Below are positions 11,215-23,984 of a DNA stretch of 64,000 nt, one piece after another. Under the pieces are notes generated by a model, which was given only the letters and a program-made list of their open reading frames with translations, ran no database searches and was not told the origin of the DNA. The first letter of the stretch is position 1. Every line of letters begins with the position of its first letter. The DNA comes from Eledone cirrhosa. Taxonomy: Eukaryota. The DNA lies in the NCBI GenBank assembly GCA_964016885.1, contig OZ024746.1, positions 82,274,001 through 82,338,000 on the forward strand. The letters run 5' to 3'. Both the position numbers and the translations under genes were made by a program.

Positions 11215-11882
11215 TTAAGGGGAAAAGCCAACCGGCAGGTGACCTAGAGGTAGACTACAAGTAAGATGGATTGAGAACATTTATAAACTTGATTGGTTTC
11301 ATTTTGGGATATAGCCAGATCATTTGGAGATGGTTGCTTCTGATAAGATCCTCAGGAAGTTATGTCTGAGGACTCTGCCCCCACAACGCTCTCAGGAAGA
11401 AGAAAGACTCTACTGTGTTGCAATTGTCTTAGACTAAATACATTTTTTTTATCAAATATTTTAATAATTGAATACTATTACCAAATTGCACAAACACTAT
11501 TGACAATGGTAATACAGCAAACTAGTGATTAATACACTGGAAACTTATTACAAACAATACTATTGTTTACAAAATTATATAAAATTATTTTTAGTCATTT
11601 TGACACCAACCTGCTTGACACAGCTTATGATGATTCTATGATGATAAACCATATTAAAGTGTTTAGATTTAAATCAAAAATTATAATTTTATCTAAGAAC
11701 CTATTTTTGAGTTATGTTCTAAACAGTAACATTATTGAATTCCAAAGTTAGTTATATAACTGAATCTCTCCAATTTGTGTTATTATTTTGAAAATTAGTT
11801 GAGAATCATAGGCAGTGTCTTTCATTAGAAATATGATAATAAGAGAGTTAAATATCCACAACATATTTTCCTTTTAATTCAG

Positions 11883-12076
11883 GTTATCCATTAGGTCACC
11901 CACAATGTGCTACTTATGAAGAGGACCTCAGACATTTGAAAGAAAAGGTTGATGCTGGTGCAGATTTTATTATATCACAACTATTTTTCAAATCAGAAAC
12001 TTTTGAAAAATATGTCAAAGATTGTAGAGAAATTGGTATCAAGTGTCCAATCCTTCCCGGAATTCTTCCTATTCAG
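11883..12076 (+). CDS. MTHFR: MTHFR coding exon 4 (GYPLGHPQ...[18 protein letters not shown]...PGILPIQ)
   Basis: GYP.GHP and KV.AGADF..Q motifs. The Ala equivalent to human A222 is retained. Donor GTAAAA at 12077. Confidence 0.96.
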
Positions 12077-12900
12077 GTAAAAATGGGTAACATTAGCTTG
12101 GTATCTTTTTGTTCGCCTATCATAATCGAAGAGGGAAAAATAATTTTTCTGTTTTTTGAAGCAAATAGTTATTGTTTAGTCTCAAGTCAACCCTGATCAA
12201 ACAAAACCTATGGTCAAAGGCATTCCTGCCATGACCATCCTGTTGTTTCTAAGAATATATAGAAATACGTTATCTAATGTGTCCTTTGTGTAAAACAATA
12301 GTGTGATTTTAAGGAAATCTGGCTGCTACTACTAGCATGTCGATTGATCATGCAGAGGTTCCATCATTACTGATTTATATGTATTCTCAATATCTCTGAA
12401 TTTAATGTGTTAATCATAGTGACCATAACATATTGATTGAATACTTTTCTTTTATCTCTTCAATACTCATAGTCATTTACCAATGGGGAGACTGGAGCTT
12501 CTCCAAGTTTGCTAAGCATTAAGCAGTTGAAAGACATTTCTTCTCTCCTACAAAACTATTCTATGGCTGGATTCCCTTCTTAATGCCAACTACTTCACAG
12601 TATGTACCAGGTGTATTTTGTTGGAGTACCACCATTACCACCTAACAGAGTGGACTGGATGCTTTTTTATCATGGTATTAGTACTACCATTTTACAGAGT
12701 GGTCTGAGTGCGAGGGCAATCATTTAATACAAAATGTTTTTATGATCCACAAGACTTATATTTTCCTGCATAGTATATTTGTTAATTTACAACCTATAAA
12801 CATATAGAATTTAATAATGCAATGCAATATAGCTATAGAACTGAAATGAAAATTCTGTATTAAAAATATTATTCTTTATTTTATTGCTTATTTACTGCAG

Positions 12901-13464
12901 AGTTACAAATCTCTCCAACATATCTGTAAACTGGTGGAACTTGCAGTGCCTGACGAAATTATCCAAAGCATAACTCCAATAAAAGACAATGACGAAGCTG
13001 TTCGCAACTTTGGTGTTCATCATGCAGTTGAAATGGGAAAGAAACTTTTAAATAGTGGTTTAGTAAATGGACTACATTTTTACACTCTCAACCAAAAATA
13101 TGCCATAACAACAATCTTAAAACAGCTTGGTCTTCTAAATGAGGATATCAGTAAGCCTTTACCATGGAAGCCTTCAGTAAACTATGTAAGGCTTCAAGAA
13201 GAAATCCGTCCAATCTTTTGGAAAAGTCGTCCCAAGAGCTACATTTGTCGAACATCAGACTGGAATAAATTCCCAAATGGCAGATGGGGTGATTCTTCAC
13301 TTGCTAGTTTTGGAAAGTTGACTGATTATTATCTGTTTTATCTAAATTATTCTAATGATAAAGAACAATTAAAATCATTAGGATATCAGCTAGAAACAGA
13401 ACAAGATGTGTGGAATATATTTTACCATTTCATCAAAGGAGATGAGAATAAAAATGGAGTACAG
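12901..13464 (+). CDS. MTHFR: MTHFR coding exon 5 (SYKSL...LHFYTLN...RPIFW...FPNGRWG...NGVQ)
   Basis: Acceptor ctgcag, 564 nt in frame, donor GTGAGC. Covers the end of the catalytic barrel, the linker and the start of the regulatory domain. Confidence 0.96.
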
Positions 13465-14928
13465 GTGAGCTTTAAAAAATGATGTTTTCCTTCCCTTGTT
13501 CGAAGGAAATATGGAAGAAAATACTCAACTCTTAAGACATTTGGTAACGAGTCTTTAGAACATTGGAAATCCTAGCTATTTCTATGGATACAAAACGAAA
13601 ATTTTAAATTTTATTTCATGATAGTTTGTTGTGAATATAAAAGAATAACTTTATTCTTATGTAAATCTTGCGTACACTAGAGATGTAATGAGATAACGGG
13701 TAGACTAACAGGAAGGGAAGACTTTGTTTGTAGAAGATGCACAGGGGTAACTGAGAGGAAGATAACCAGCGAAGTAAACCTATTCAAGTCACAAGAAGGA
13801 TCCATAGAAGTAGTTGATAGCTTCTGCTATCTAGGCGACATAATTAGCAATGGAGGAGTGTGCTCTGAGACCACAAAAGGTTGGAATAAGTGGAGGGGTT
13901 GGAAAATCAATAATTTTTCTAGGTTGTCTCCATCGATTTAAAAAAAAAAAAACAGAATTGGTCGTTTAGTTTACATATTGAGACTCCAAGCCATCCTATT
14001 TATTTTTAAATGTATGGGATTTTTAATAATGTACTTTTTTTGTCATGTATAATGTTTTTTAATGTATAAAGAAAGTTAATTGTCACAGGAATGCTACCAT
14101 TTAAAATAAAATTTCGCAGGAAATAGATTAGCAAAATTTACTAAACGGGGAAATACAGGAGCGCTGGAATAAGAGTGGGTGGTTGGAAAAAAACTGAAAT
14201 ATTAATAAGCAGAGATGGGGACAATTATTCAAGACCCGAGAGCATATGCTGTTTCCTATCATCCTCTTTTCCTTGAATGGAATGATTAAAACCTTTTTTT
14301 CGACTGCAGCATATTGCAGCAGAAAAATATTTTTACAGAAAAATGGCATTCTTTTCTTCAATTATGAAGAAGTAAAAACCTATTGTCAATTTGATAGACT
14401 GAAGCAAACAAAGCCAATGTAATGGTTAAAAGATTTGAATTATGACCATGAGGTCAGTATTTCAACACTTAATTTCATTACTATCCTATTGTTTGAAACT
14501 CCAAAACTAGAAATATAGTTGGAGCACTCAGCTTTGTTTATAGATTTTTGTCATTATATATTAATGTATGTGTGTGTAATATTTATACATTATACAGATT
14601 GACAAAAAAAAAAAGACTGATAGATTGCCTTTTGATCATTTCTTTATATAAGAGAAAGCAATGCCCATACTAGCATACTGATTTATAGGAGAGATATAAT
14701 ATTTATATCTATAGAAAACATTACTAATGTTATTTAAACACACTGGTCTTCAGTATTTAGCTTGCATTAGTTATGTATGTATAAAGTATTAATATAGTTA
14801 TAAATTATTCAACACTCATCAGACTATTTGATTTATTAGCATGTGAGTTGTTTTATTCTTTTGACAATAGTAAAAAAAATAGTCAATAAAGGAATTTTTT
14901 CTACCTTTAAATGAAACTACTTTTACAG

Positions 14929-15111
14929 GTAACACACATACCATGGGGTGATGATGCTTTGTCTTCAGAAACTTCTTTAATAGCAGATCATTTGGCAAAC
15001 TTGAATAAAAATGGTGTCTTGACAATAAATTCTCAGCCAGCTATAAATGGCTTCAGTTCAACACACCCAATATTTGGGTGGGGCAACCCCAATGGATATG
15101 TGTATCAAAAG
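14929..15111 (+). CDS. MTHFR: MTHFR coding exon 6 (VTHIPW...LTINSQP...GWG..GYVYQK)
   Basis: TINSQP and GYVYQK regulatory (SAM-binding) domain motifs, 183 nt, AG/GT boundaries. Confidence 0.96.
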
Positions 15112-15159
15112 GTAATTAACATATTCTTCTCATTGCCTTTTAAATGTATATTAAGAGAG

Positions 15160-15404
15160 GATAAAATTATATCTGTACATATACAAAATAAAAGTAACCA
15201 AGACTGCATAAATGTGTATATAAATTTACATATTTTTAGCGTATGGACATGTAAACATGCCAAATATACATATTTCTCCATATATCAAATTTAAATTTAT
15301 AGAGAAATATGTATATTTGGCATGTGTAGATATCGTTATACTAAAAATATGTATTTACAGTCATAGTTACTTCTATTCTGTATATATACAGATATAACTT
15401 TATC
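15160..15404. repeat. AT-rich ~110-bp-arm inverted repeat ~50 nt downstream of MTHFR exon 6
   Basis: CATGCCAAATATACATATTTCTC / GAGAAATATGTATATTTGGCATG inner stem plus outer paired segments. Confidence 0.85.
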
Positions 15405-16824
15405 ATATACTTTGGCTGCTTAGCACACAACTTAATATATATTAAGAGAAGAGTATGGTTCTACTATGAATAGCAGTATTTGATTCTTCATCAAGTAACT
15501 TGGTGGTAATAAATCCCTTTTTAAACCAGCATTATAACAATAATGCTAAAACTTAACCTTCTCCCTATTCTTCATATTGTTGAACCTGTTTTTCTTAAAT
15601 TCTTTAACACATGTAAGAACGCCAACAATGTGACTCTGCATTTCTTACAATCTTTCAACCACTGATAATAATGTCCACATCTTCATATGGTTCCCATATT
15701 AAAATCCTTTCATGCAAGTTCATGTTTCCAAACATTTTCTACAATGCTTTAGCATCAGCAATGATGTTCATACCTTTACCTTGCCATACACATTTCTTAC
15801 ATTTCATAAAGAACAGCAAGGTTAGTGAAAGAATATCATTTCAATGGACATTTTATCTGACAGACTTGGTTTACTTTTGTAAACTCTTATTGTTGTAAAC
15901 TTTGATGTAACTTTATTGTAATACTTTCCCTCTTATGAACTGTTCTAATCCCTTTGTAACCAGTATGTGTGTTGTAATTTTTGTCTTATCTTTATGTTGT
16001 ACCCATTGTGTAAGTTCTTTAGTGTAACCACTATGTAACCCCACTGAGATCTGTACTTGTGTTATGACTCCTATGAAAATGCCTCTGGTTGAATTATTAC
16101 TATGTAAGTATACTGGGGTAACTGGAGCTATAACTATTGTAAATCATTCTTGTGCAACTTGTTTTAACTACAAATTAAACATTTGATATAAACTCATTGT
16201 TATTCCTCTAATATAACTATTATGTAACTAATACTATCACCCATATCTGTCTGATGTAAATCAGTGTTGTGACCACTTTGTAACATGTCTAATGTTCCCA
16301 GTACTTTTGAGAGTTATTTTTGTAAACTGTTTTCCAATCCATATTGTAACCAGTAAAATAATCCTTAACCCTAATTATGAATATAACCCATGCTCAATTA
16401 CTAATATAACAACTGAGACTAATGTATTTTGACATATTACAACATATTCTCATGTTGTACCACCCAATTATTGCAGCTCATGTTGGAATATTCTAGTGTA
16501 ACTATTTATAATCAGTTATCATTCATATTATAAGCACCAATATAGCTCATGTTGTAAACACACACACATGGCATAACCACAGACTTAAGAGGTGTTATAA
16601 CCGCCTCTAACTTGTACTGCAATCATAAGATATAGTCACTGACATAACCACAAGTATAGCCCATGTAATACCTGGTATAGTAGCTAGCAAGGTCAGAAAG
16701 ATTGAAATTAGGAATGAGACGCATTGCAGTATGTTTCCATTGATTGAAGCATATCTCAGTAGAGAGAGAGAGAGAGAGAATCAATAAAAAAAGAATTAGT
16801 AAGTATAAGAGCTAGCTCTGAGGT

Positions 16825-17110
16825 ACCATCAGGGCTGGTTACCTTGTTGATTGAAGGGTATTGAAATTATTTCACGCTTTAAAACTGTGTATTTTATGGT
16901 GAGATGAATTGAGTAAAGGAGAATTTGGAAAAAGTTGTGTTGCATGTATGTAGGTTCATGTTGGTAGCAAAACAAGCAGCAAATGCAATGGATCTTATCA
17001 GCAGGAAATTTCGTTGAGAGGTGGGTAAGAGAATTCTGCAAACTTAGTAGAAACAATCTTGACAAAAAAGACAGGAGACAGTCGCAACTCGAGTCAGTCG
17101 TGTTACAAAG
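16825..17110 (+). mobile_element. Possible mariner transposase N-terminal remnant
   Basis: VERWVREF...RNNLDKKDRR resembles the V.RW..EF..GR..L.D..R HTH segment, heavily decayed. Confidence 0.35.
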
Positions 17111-19819
17111 GTAAGTAAACATCTTCAAGTTGTTGTTGTTGTTGTTTAGCTCTGATGAAGCAGACTTTTGGTCTAGCTATGATCATCCCATTTTTTTTCC
17201 AGACAGAGTATATCTCAAAATATGTAATCCAATGTTGTTTCCTTTTTATAGTTGGAATGTGGACTCTGCAAGCTGTTTGTCTATGAGGAGAATAACTTTA
17301 AATAAAAACTGATACAGGGTAGAGGAGAGTCTTTAATCCTCTTTGCATGGGACCTCTCTAATATGAGTATCATGATAAAAATGTTCCCAGTACTCTAAGT
17401 GATTGGTTATAGAAAGAGCATCTAGTTGTAGAAAATAGACCAAAAATATAAATATTTGAATGACACATGCATTCTGCCAGCCAGCCATCTCTGGAGGGCA
17501 GAATCTCCAAATAAGAACGGATACAAGATAGAAGAGGTTCCTTAGTCCTCGCATGGGACTACCTCTCTAGTGTCAATGGAATTGGCCAGTTTTCTCTGGT
17601 GCTATGTAGACAAGACAATGCAGGTTGTGACAGCCCATCCAACTCATGTCAGCATGGAAAAATGAAGGTGATGTAGAGTGCGATTTAAGAGTTACAAGTG
17701 AATTCTTTAAGGGTTATGTTTAGCTCCATGTCAGCCATAATGAAGCAGATATGTTTCAGCTGAACCTATTGATTTTTTGTTTGTTTCTTATTGTTGTTTT
17801 TGTATATCAGAGACTACATTGTTTAATGTGCACTACCTTTTTTAAGACAGTAGAGTGTGATCTGACGAAAATTGACTGTTATGTCTAGCAATTTGGGCGA
17901 TCTTGTAGAGGCTCATCGTTTCGGGAGTTATAGGTTTTGGTTGAGTGGGGAATGCAAAGGAACATACTTATATCGAAAAGGTCAGAATTTAAGCACTTTT
18001 TTCTGCCAACTGTAGAACTGTCGAACATCAATTAATCTAGTCAAATTGTTATTGTTAGTTACAGTTTAGTTAAATTGTTGGTTAATGTTTACAGCTACAC
18101 TCTTCTCGCTTTGGAATGTAAAATTTGTTTTTTCGTTCAAAATACACCAAAAGCACTGGAAAAACCTCAAAGCAAGATGGGTATAATTGTGAAAATTTCT
18201 CTACAGTGAGATGGATAGGATATTCACTTCAAAACCCGAGAACTCCGAGTATCCTCATCTACTCTGTTAACTAAAAACGAATAATTACCTCTGGTTTTGA
18301 AGGTCACGCATCAAATCCATAGGAAAACCAAATGTCACTTCCAACGTCAAACTGATGTAAATAAAACATTTACCAGTTTGTTTCTGACAGCAAATACAAG
18401 ACTGTTTTTTCGTCTGTCACAACTTGAAGTATAAACAAACATCAGTTACAATACGATAGGTTCATGTTATTTAGTTATGTAATAATATTTGTTTCTACTT
18501 TAGGCACAAGGCCAGCAATTAACCAGTGCATTACTGGTACTTTATTTTATCGACCCCCGTAAGGATGAAAGGCAAAGTCAAACTCGGCGGGATTTGTTAT
18601 GTAATAATATTAATGTCGCGTAACAGTTTGCTTACTTTGCAACCATGTAACGACGCCATGACAAAATGTAGTCTCCCCATTTGATTACTCAATCACTTAC
18701 ACGTTAATTTCACGAGCAGGCAGTTCCCTTGATTGAATCAACTGGAGCGCTCGTCGTCGGAAACAACGCAGGTCCAACAATAACCCTCTGAGGCATCGAT
18801 AAAACAAGTACTAGAAATGTACTTTTGTTGAATTAATTAACTAGGTTGTGAATTTGTTAGAATATAATAAAGCGTTGCATTAAATCTCAGCGGTATTTAG
18901 TTACAACTGTTATATGTTCAAATGCTATGGAGATCAACTTTGCCATTCCTCCTTCGGGGGGATCAATAAAATAAAGTATCTGTCAAATACTGCGTTGAAT
19001 AATATAAAGCCTACATAGATATAAATGATATTTTTTAAAGTAAAAATTAAGTATCTTATTAATATCAGAGTCAGTACAATTTATATAATGTAGTGTACTA
19101 AAAAAAAGGGGGGGGGGGGCCCACATATTCAAAGAAAGAGCAAAAGAGTCGCTGACTATGTCGTCTTGAGACATCTACCTCTTACCTAAGGGCAAGGAGT
19201 AAGACATCAACCATGTACAATCCAGTTGTCACCAGAGTTAAAGGGATGTTGACTCGAGCCAAGGACCGCTTGACAATCAACTTCAGCTTGGAATGGCGAG
19301 CGAAACGATCTGCATTCGGACAGCAAGGCAACCCACGAATATATGTGGATCCAAGGGTCTAGCATAACGACATTTCAGTCATCCACAGACTTTGGCAACC
19401 AACTCTGAATGCAATGGAGATGTGGAACTCAACCCAGTCCCCCAAGAATTTTACACTTACAGAAAGTAGACGGCACCTAGAGTATTGATCAGATTAATCA
19501 AAGAGTTGGAAGTGTCGCTCAAAACGTAAATTGTCCCAGATTCTCTGCTTCAATCTATCCTTTTCTGTGTAGTAAACTTTCATCCACCTCCCTGTTGGAA
19601 CTAGTACATGTTAGAAAGATGATGTTAGCCGTCAGAGGGGAGGGGAAGCAAGCAGGAAAGAGAGAGACTAAAGTGGTGGAGAGGGAAGTTATTATTAAAT
19701 TTCTGACATTTATAAAATAAACAGGACCGATATAAACAGCTTGTCTTTTATGCAATCTCTTCGGCGACAGAAAGAAGGTATCAGCTAAATTAGTTTCCTA
19801 TACATAAAGATCTTTGCTT

Positions 19820-20430
19820 GAATGTGAGTGTCATCAATATCTTATCGTGATCGCTGTCGATGTCTTGATCTTATTAATACTGAACTTGAATTTTTGAGGT
19901 GTAATGATGGAATCAATCTGGTTGTGAGTTTCGGCATTAAGGTGCATGTCATGTTATCCTCTTTAAGGTATTGTGTCGGCTAGAGCAAACTTAGTCCACG
20001 ATCTTTTGTTTATCCAACCTTAAAATGTGTTCTTGCTCCCTATTGATATGCATTCTAGTTTTACAGGACCATGAAGACGTTTTTTTCCTGGAAGTGTCTT
20101 GATCTTCTCACAAAACTCTTCAACTGCATTTTCGTAATATTTGAGTGTTGGAGCATAGACTTGTATGAATGGCAATGTTCTGCGCTTTTACAGCAAAACC
20201 TATGGCGATGACTTCTAGGTTTAGGCTGGTCTTGATGACGATGATAATGATGCTGATACTCATTATGTTTGTGCTTCTTGACATCTCCTCTGAACCACAA
20301 TTTTGAACTTCATCTACAGTAACTTCTCTAAATCCAGTCCATATGACCCCGGCCAGCCCTAAAATGCACTATGTGTATTTGGCAAATTCTTCGCCTTGGC
20401 GTAGAGGCTTTGTTTGCTCGTAGACGATCT
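19820..20430 (-). mobile_element. Decayed RTE-type AP-endonuclease fragment
   Basis: - strand pieces ILGLA, WTG, LWFRG, IGFAVK, HNQIDSI and DSDH in the correct order, frameshifted. Confidence 0.65.
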
Positions 20431-20773
20431 TTTGCTGTTGTTAAGTCGAACTGGCATTAATTAGAACCTCGGGTTACGATCTGAGTTCAAATCCCGCCGA
20501 GGTTGACTTTGCCTTTCATCCTTACGGGGTCGATAAAATAAAGTACCAGTAAGGCACTGGGTAATTGCTGGCCTTGTGCCTAAAGTAGAAACAATTAATT
20601 AGAACCTCGGGTAGAATTATTTTTGGTGTTCGTTCCAACTCCCTGAGTTCAAATCCCGCCGAAGTCAACTTTAGTTTTTATCCTTTTGGGTCGATAAATA
20701 TAAGTACCAGTCCAGTACTAGGGGTCAATTCTTCCTCTATATCTCGTTTTCATTTCCTCTTGTCGCTCCCCCT

Positions 20774-20810
<37 letters not shown>

Positions 20811-22199
20811 GGCTGATTCAGACCTGGAGAGAATGGGCTCAAGAGGCACCGTATATCAATACGGCACTTTTACGACTCCATCGGGTGTTAAGACCCCATG
20901 GCATAAAGAGTATGCAGGGTGGGAACCTACATTGGAATTAGTTCTGGAATCGATATAACCGACTAAAACTCGTGGAGGCAATGACTTAATATGGCCGACG
21001 TTGGCAACTCAGCAGCTCGTGTTTACTTAACTTACTCGAGTAAGTTCTTTCTTTCTTTGCTTTTTAATCCGTGACTAACATTAGAACGGTTTAAAATATT
21101 TTGGCACAGTTTTGTGCGTAAAGAAAAAAAATAAATGTGCTCTTAAAAAGTACTTATCTTTTAGCCAATATATATATATATAACTTAAATATATTTTTTA
21201 TCGCAGTATACCAAGCTACATCTCGCGATATACCAGAGTTTTGAGAACTTCTAAATTACAGCGTGAATGCCTTTTTGAAAGTCAGTGATAACAAAGCATA
21301 GTATTCGTCCTTTCTCCTTCCTCGCCGCCTCTGTCTTTGCACCTGAACAGAAAATAAAAATCATCGCGAGGAACCTCTTACATGGTCGCTGAACTTGCTA
21401 GAAATAGCAACCAAATCCTCCTCAGAAAAGGAAGAGCATTAATATAGGGTTGGATAGTCGTGGCTGGAACGCCTTTAATCATAATCTGCTTAATTGGAGC
21501 CGACCTTTAGTTAACCAATAACACTAATGCCGCTTATATGTGATAGAAGATGAAAATGAAAGGTAAATTTTCTAAAATCCAAATCTTTGTGGATAAAGCT
21601 TTCGCAGCTTCATAACCAGATTTTTAGTAATATTTTAACGGGAAAACTATATTTATAATAATCTGATCATATTTTAAGTGCAATTCTTATTCAAATGCTT
21701 GTTGATTTTTTAAACATGTATCTATAATGGTGGTTAATCATCACGAGTTCCTTCCCTTTATAAGCATTCAAATCCATTTAAAATTACTGGTTGCGACTTT
21801 TAGAAGTGAACGTTTAAAATTTTCATCTAGGAACATTGCCAGCGTTCATTTATCTGTTGGTATGATAACTAGGAAATATGATAGTGTTGCGCGTATTTGT
21901 CTCTATTTGGTTTTGTCGCAGTTATCCCTGTGAAGATGCCAGCATGTGGAAAATATTTGCCAAGAATATAGATGTTCTAACGACCTGCGTTCTGGGAGCT
22001 CACCCACCCTCACCTTTGTTTCCCAGGGAGGATTCAGCCACGTTAAAGTTATAGAATTGAGTATTAGCTTCTCGTGGGGTGTTGTTTTATCTGTGTGTGT
22101 GTGTATTTGCTTGCTTTTTTTTGGGGGGGGGGGGTTCACTAATGGACATGTGCCTTCAGTAATGACACAAAGCGTTGAATATGTTTAATTTGGGGTGTC

Positions 22200-23123
22200 A
22201 GGATTGGTGTGCTATAGAAGGCCACAGAAGATCTTGATGAAGAGGACGGAGTCTACATCAGAAACCGTCTAGGTGGCAATCATCGTCGACCCACACGAAA
22301 ACCCTGGAGCAATCGGTCCAAGTCCTCTTTGGGCTGGAAGTAAGCTTAAAGAAGACGGAGATAATCCACCAGCCTACTACCCTCCACATATTACCATTGG
22401 CGATACTGAACTGAAAATACTTCATGAGTTCTCTTACATGGGGTGCACTATCACATCAGATGCCAAGGTCAACAGGGAAATCACCAACAGACTTGCAGAG
22501 GCGAGCAGTACATTTGGCAAACTGTACAAACACATGTGGAACAATAAATACGTGAAGGGTACCAAGATCAGAGTCATAATCCTTACAACACTTCTATATG
22601 GCTCAGAGTCGTGGGTCACTTATCGCCACCACCTTCGACTCCTCGAGCGCTGTCTCCGCATCATCCTCAACATCCAGTAGAGAGACTTTATCACCAATGC
22701 TGAAGCTCTTGAATGGGCGGACGTCACTCGCGTCGAGACAATGCTGCTGAAGTCTTAACTACGTTAGGCAGGGCACGACTTTAAGATGAAGAATCATCCC
22801 TGCCCAGGATCACACTGTACGGTGAAATTTCCACTGGCTATCATGACATGGGGCACCAAGGAAGCGATACAAGGACTATTTGAAAAAATCCCTTGGTGCC
22901 TAATTACATCGACTATCGCTGGTGATCCACTCTAGTTGAGAACCGTGATGCCTGGCGTCTCACCATCAACCATGCTGTCTTCGAAAACAGCCGCAGAGCC
23001 ACCCTCAAGGACAAAAGGCACAGGAGGATGAACCACAACACCAAGTCATTAAACCCTAATTAGACCTTCAACTGCAGCCGCTACGACCGTGCCTGCCTGT
23101 GCTGCATTGGTCTTAACAGCCAT

Positions 23124-23125
<2 letters not shown>
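22200..23125 (+). mobile_element. 5'-truncated RTE (BovB-like) LINE remnant: RT thumb and C-terminus
   Basis: FSYMGCTITSDAKVNREITNRLAEASSTFGKL, LLYGSESW and a terminal C..C-like...GL.SH motif, with stops and frameshifts. Confidence 0.88.
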
Positions 23126-23174
<49 letters not shown>

Positions 23175-23177
<3 letters not shown>

Positions 23178-23353
23178 CGAGTAGGACCCCGATGGCTGAG
23201 CTCAAGCCGTTTCGACGGCTAATTCTGGACTATTTAATCCAGAATTAGCCGTCGAAACGGCTTGAGCTCAGCCGTCGGGCTCCTACTCGTTCCTATTACC
23301 CACTCCACTACCCTAAGTATTGAGTACTTTGGTGCGTTATGGTCCACCTGGTT

Positions 23354-23358
<5 letters not shown>
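23175..23358. mobile_element. Foldback element in (TA)n with 55-bp arms and an 8-nt loop; related copies at 1-150 and 3955-4145
   Basis: Arms 23175-23229 and 23238-23292 differ at 2 positions. The CTGAGCTC..GCCGTTTCGA and CCCTAAGTAT.GAGTAC motifs are shared with the other copies. Confidence 0.75.
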
Positions 23359-23409
<51 letters not shown>

Positions 23410-23984
23410 GGAAAAAATGAAACGAAATTTCATTTCTCACTCTTACGTACGGCTGTTACTTAAATATAAGTATGTATATGTACATACATATATGTATACA
23501 GACGTAGAGTAGTATGTATATATATATATATACATCCATACGTACATATATATATGTGTGCATGTATGTATATATATACATACTACTGTACGTCTGTATA
23601 CATATATGTATGTACGTATGTGTGTGTGTGTGTGTGTTATTTTATCGACCTCCTAAGGATGAAACGCAAAGCTAACCTCGGCGGATTTGAACTCAGAATG
23701 CGAAGGGGCATAACTCTATGCCACAAAATATATAATTGTTTCCACTTTTTGGCACAAGGCCACCAATACAAAATATATAATGTGTGTATAAACATACACG
23801 CACATGTGCTCATATGTTAAAACGCTGTTTCCTCTTTTCTATATTTGTTTCTCCTCTCCCACTTCCTCATTCACGATCATATCATAAATGTGCATGTATT
23901 TCTCGAATGTTTCTGTGCCTGATTTTGTGTACATTTACATAGGAAACGCATTGTGTTACATACGGAGGTTTATATAAATATACA

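Noticed and set aside
20790-21400. CpG-richer stretch with splice-like sites (GTAAGT ~21040, tttttatcgcag ~21206) as a nested gene
   Set aside because: No coherent ORF was found, and part of it belongs to dispersed repeats.
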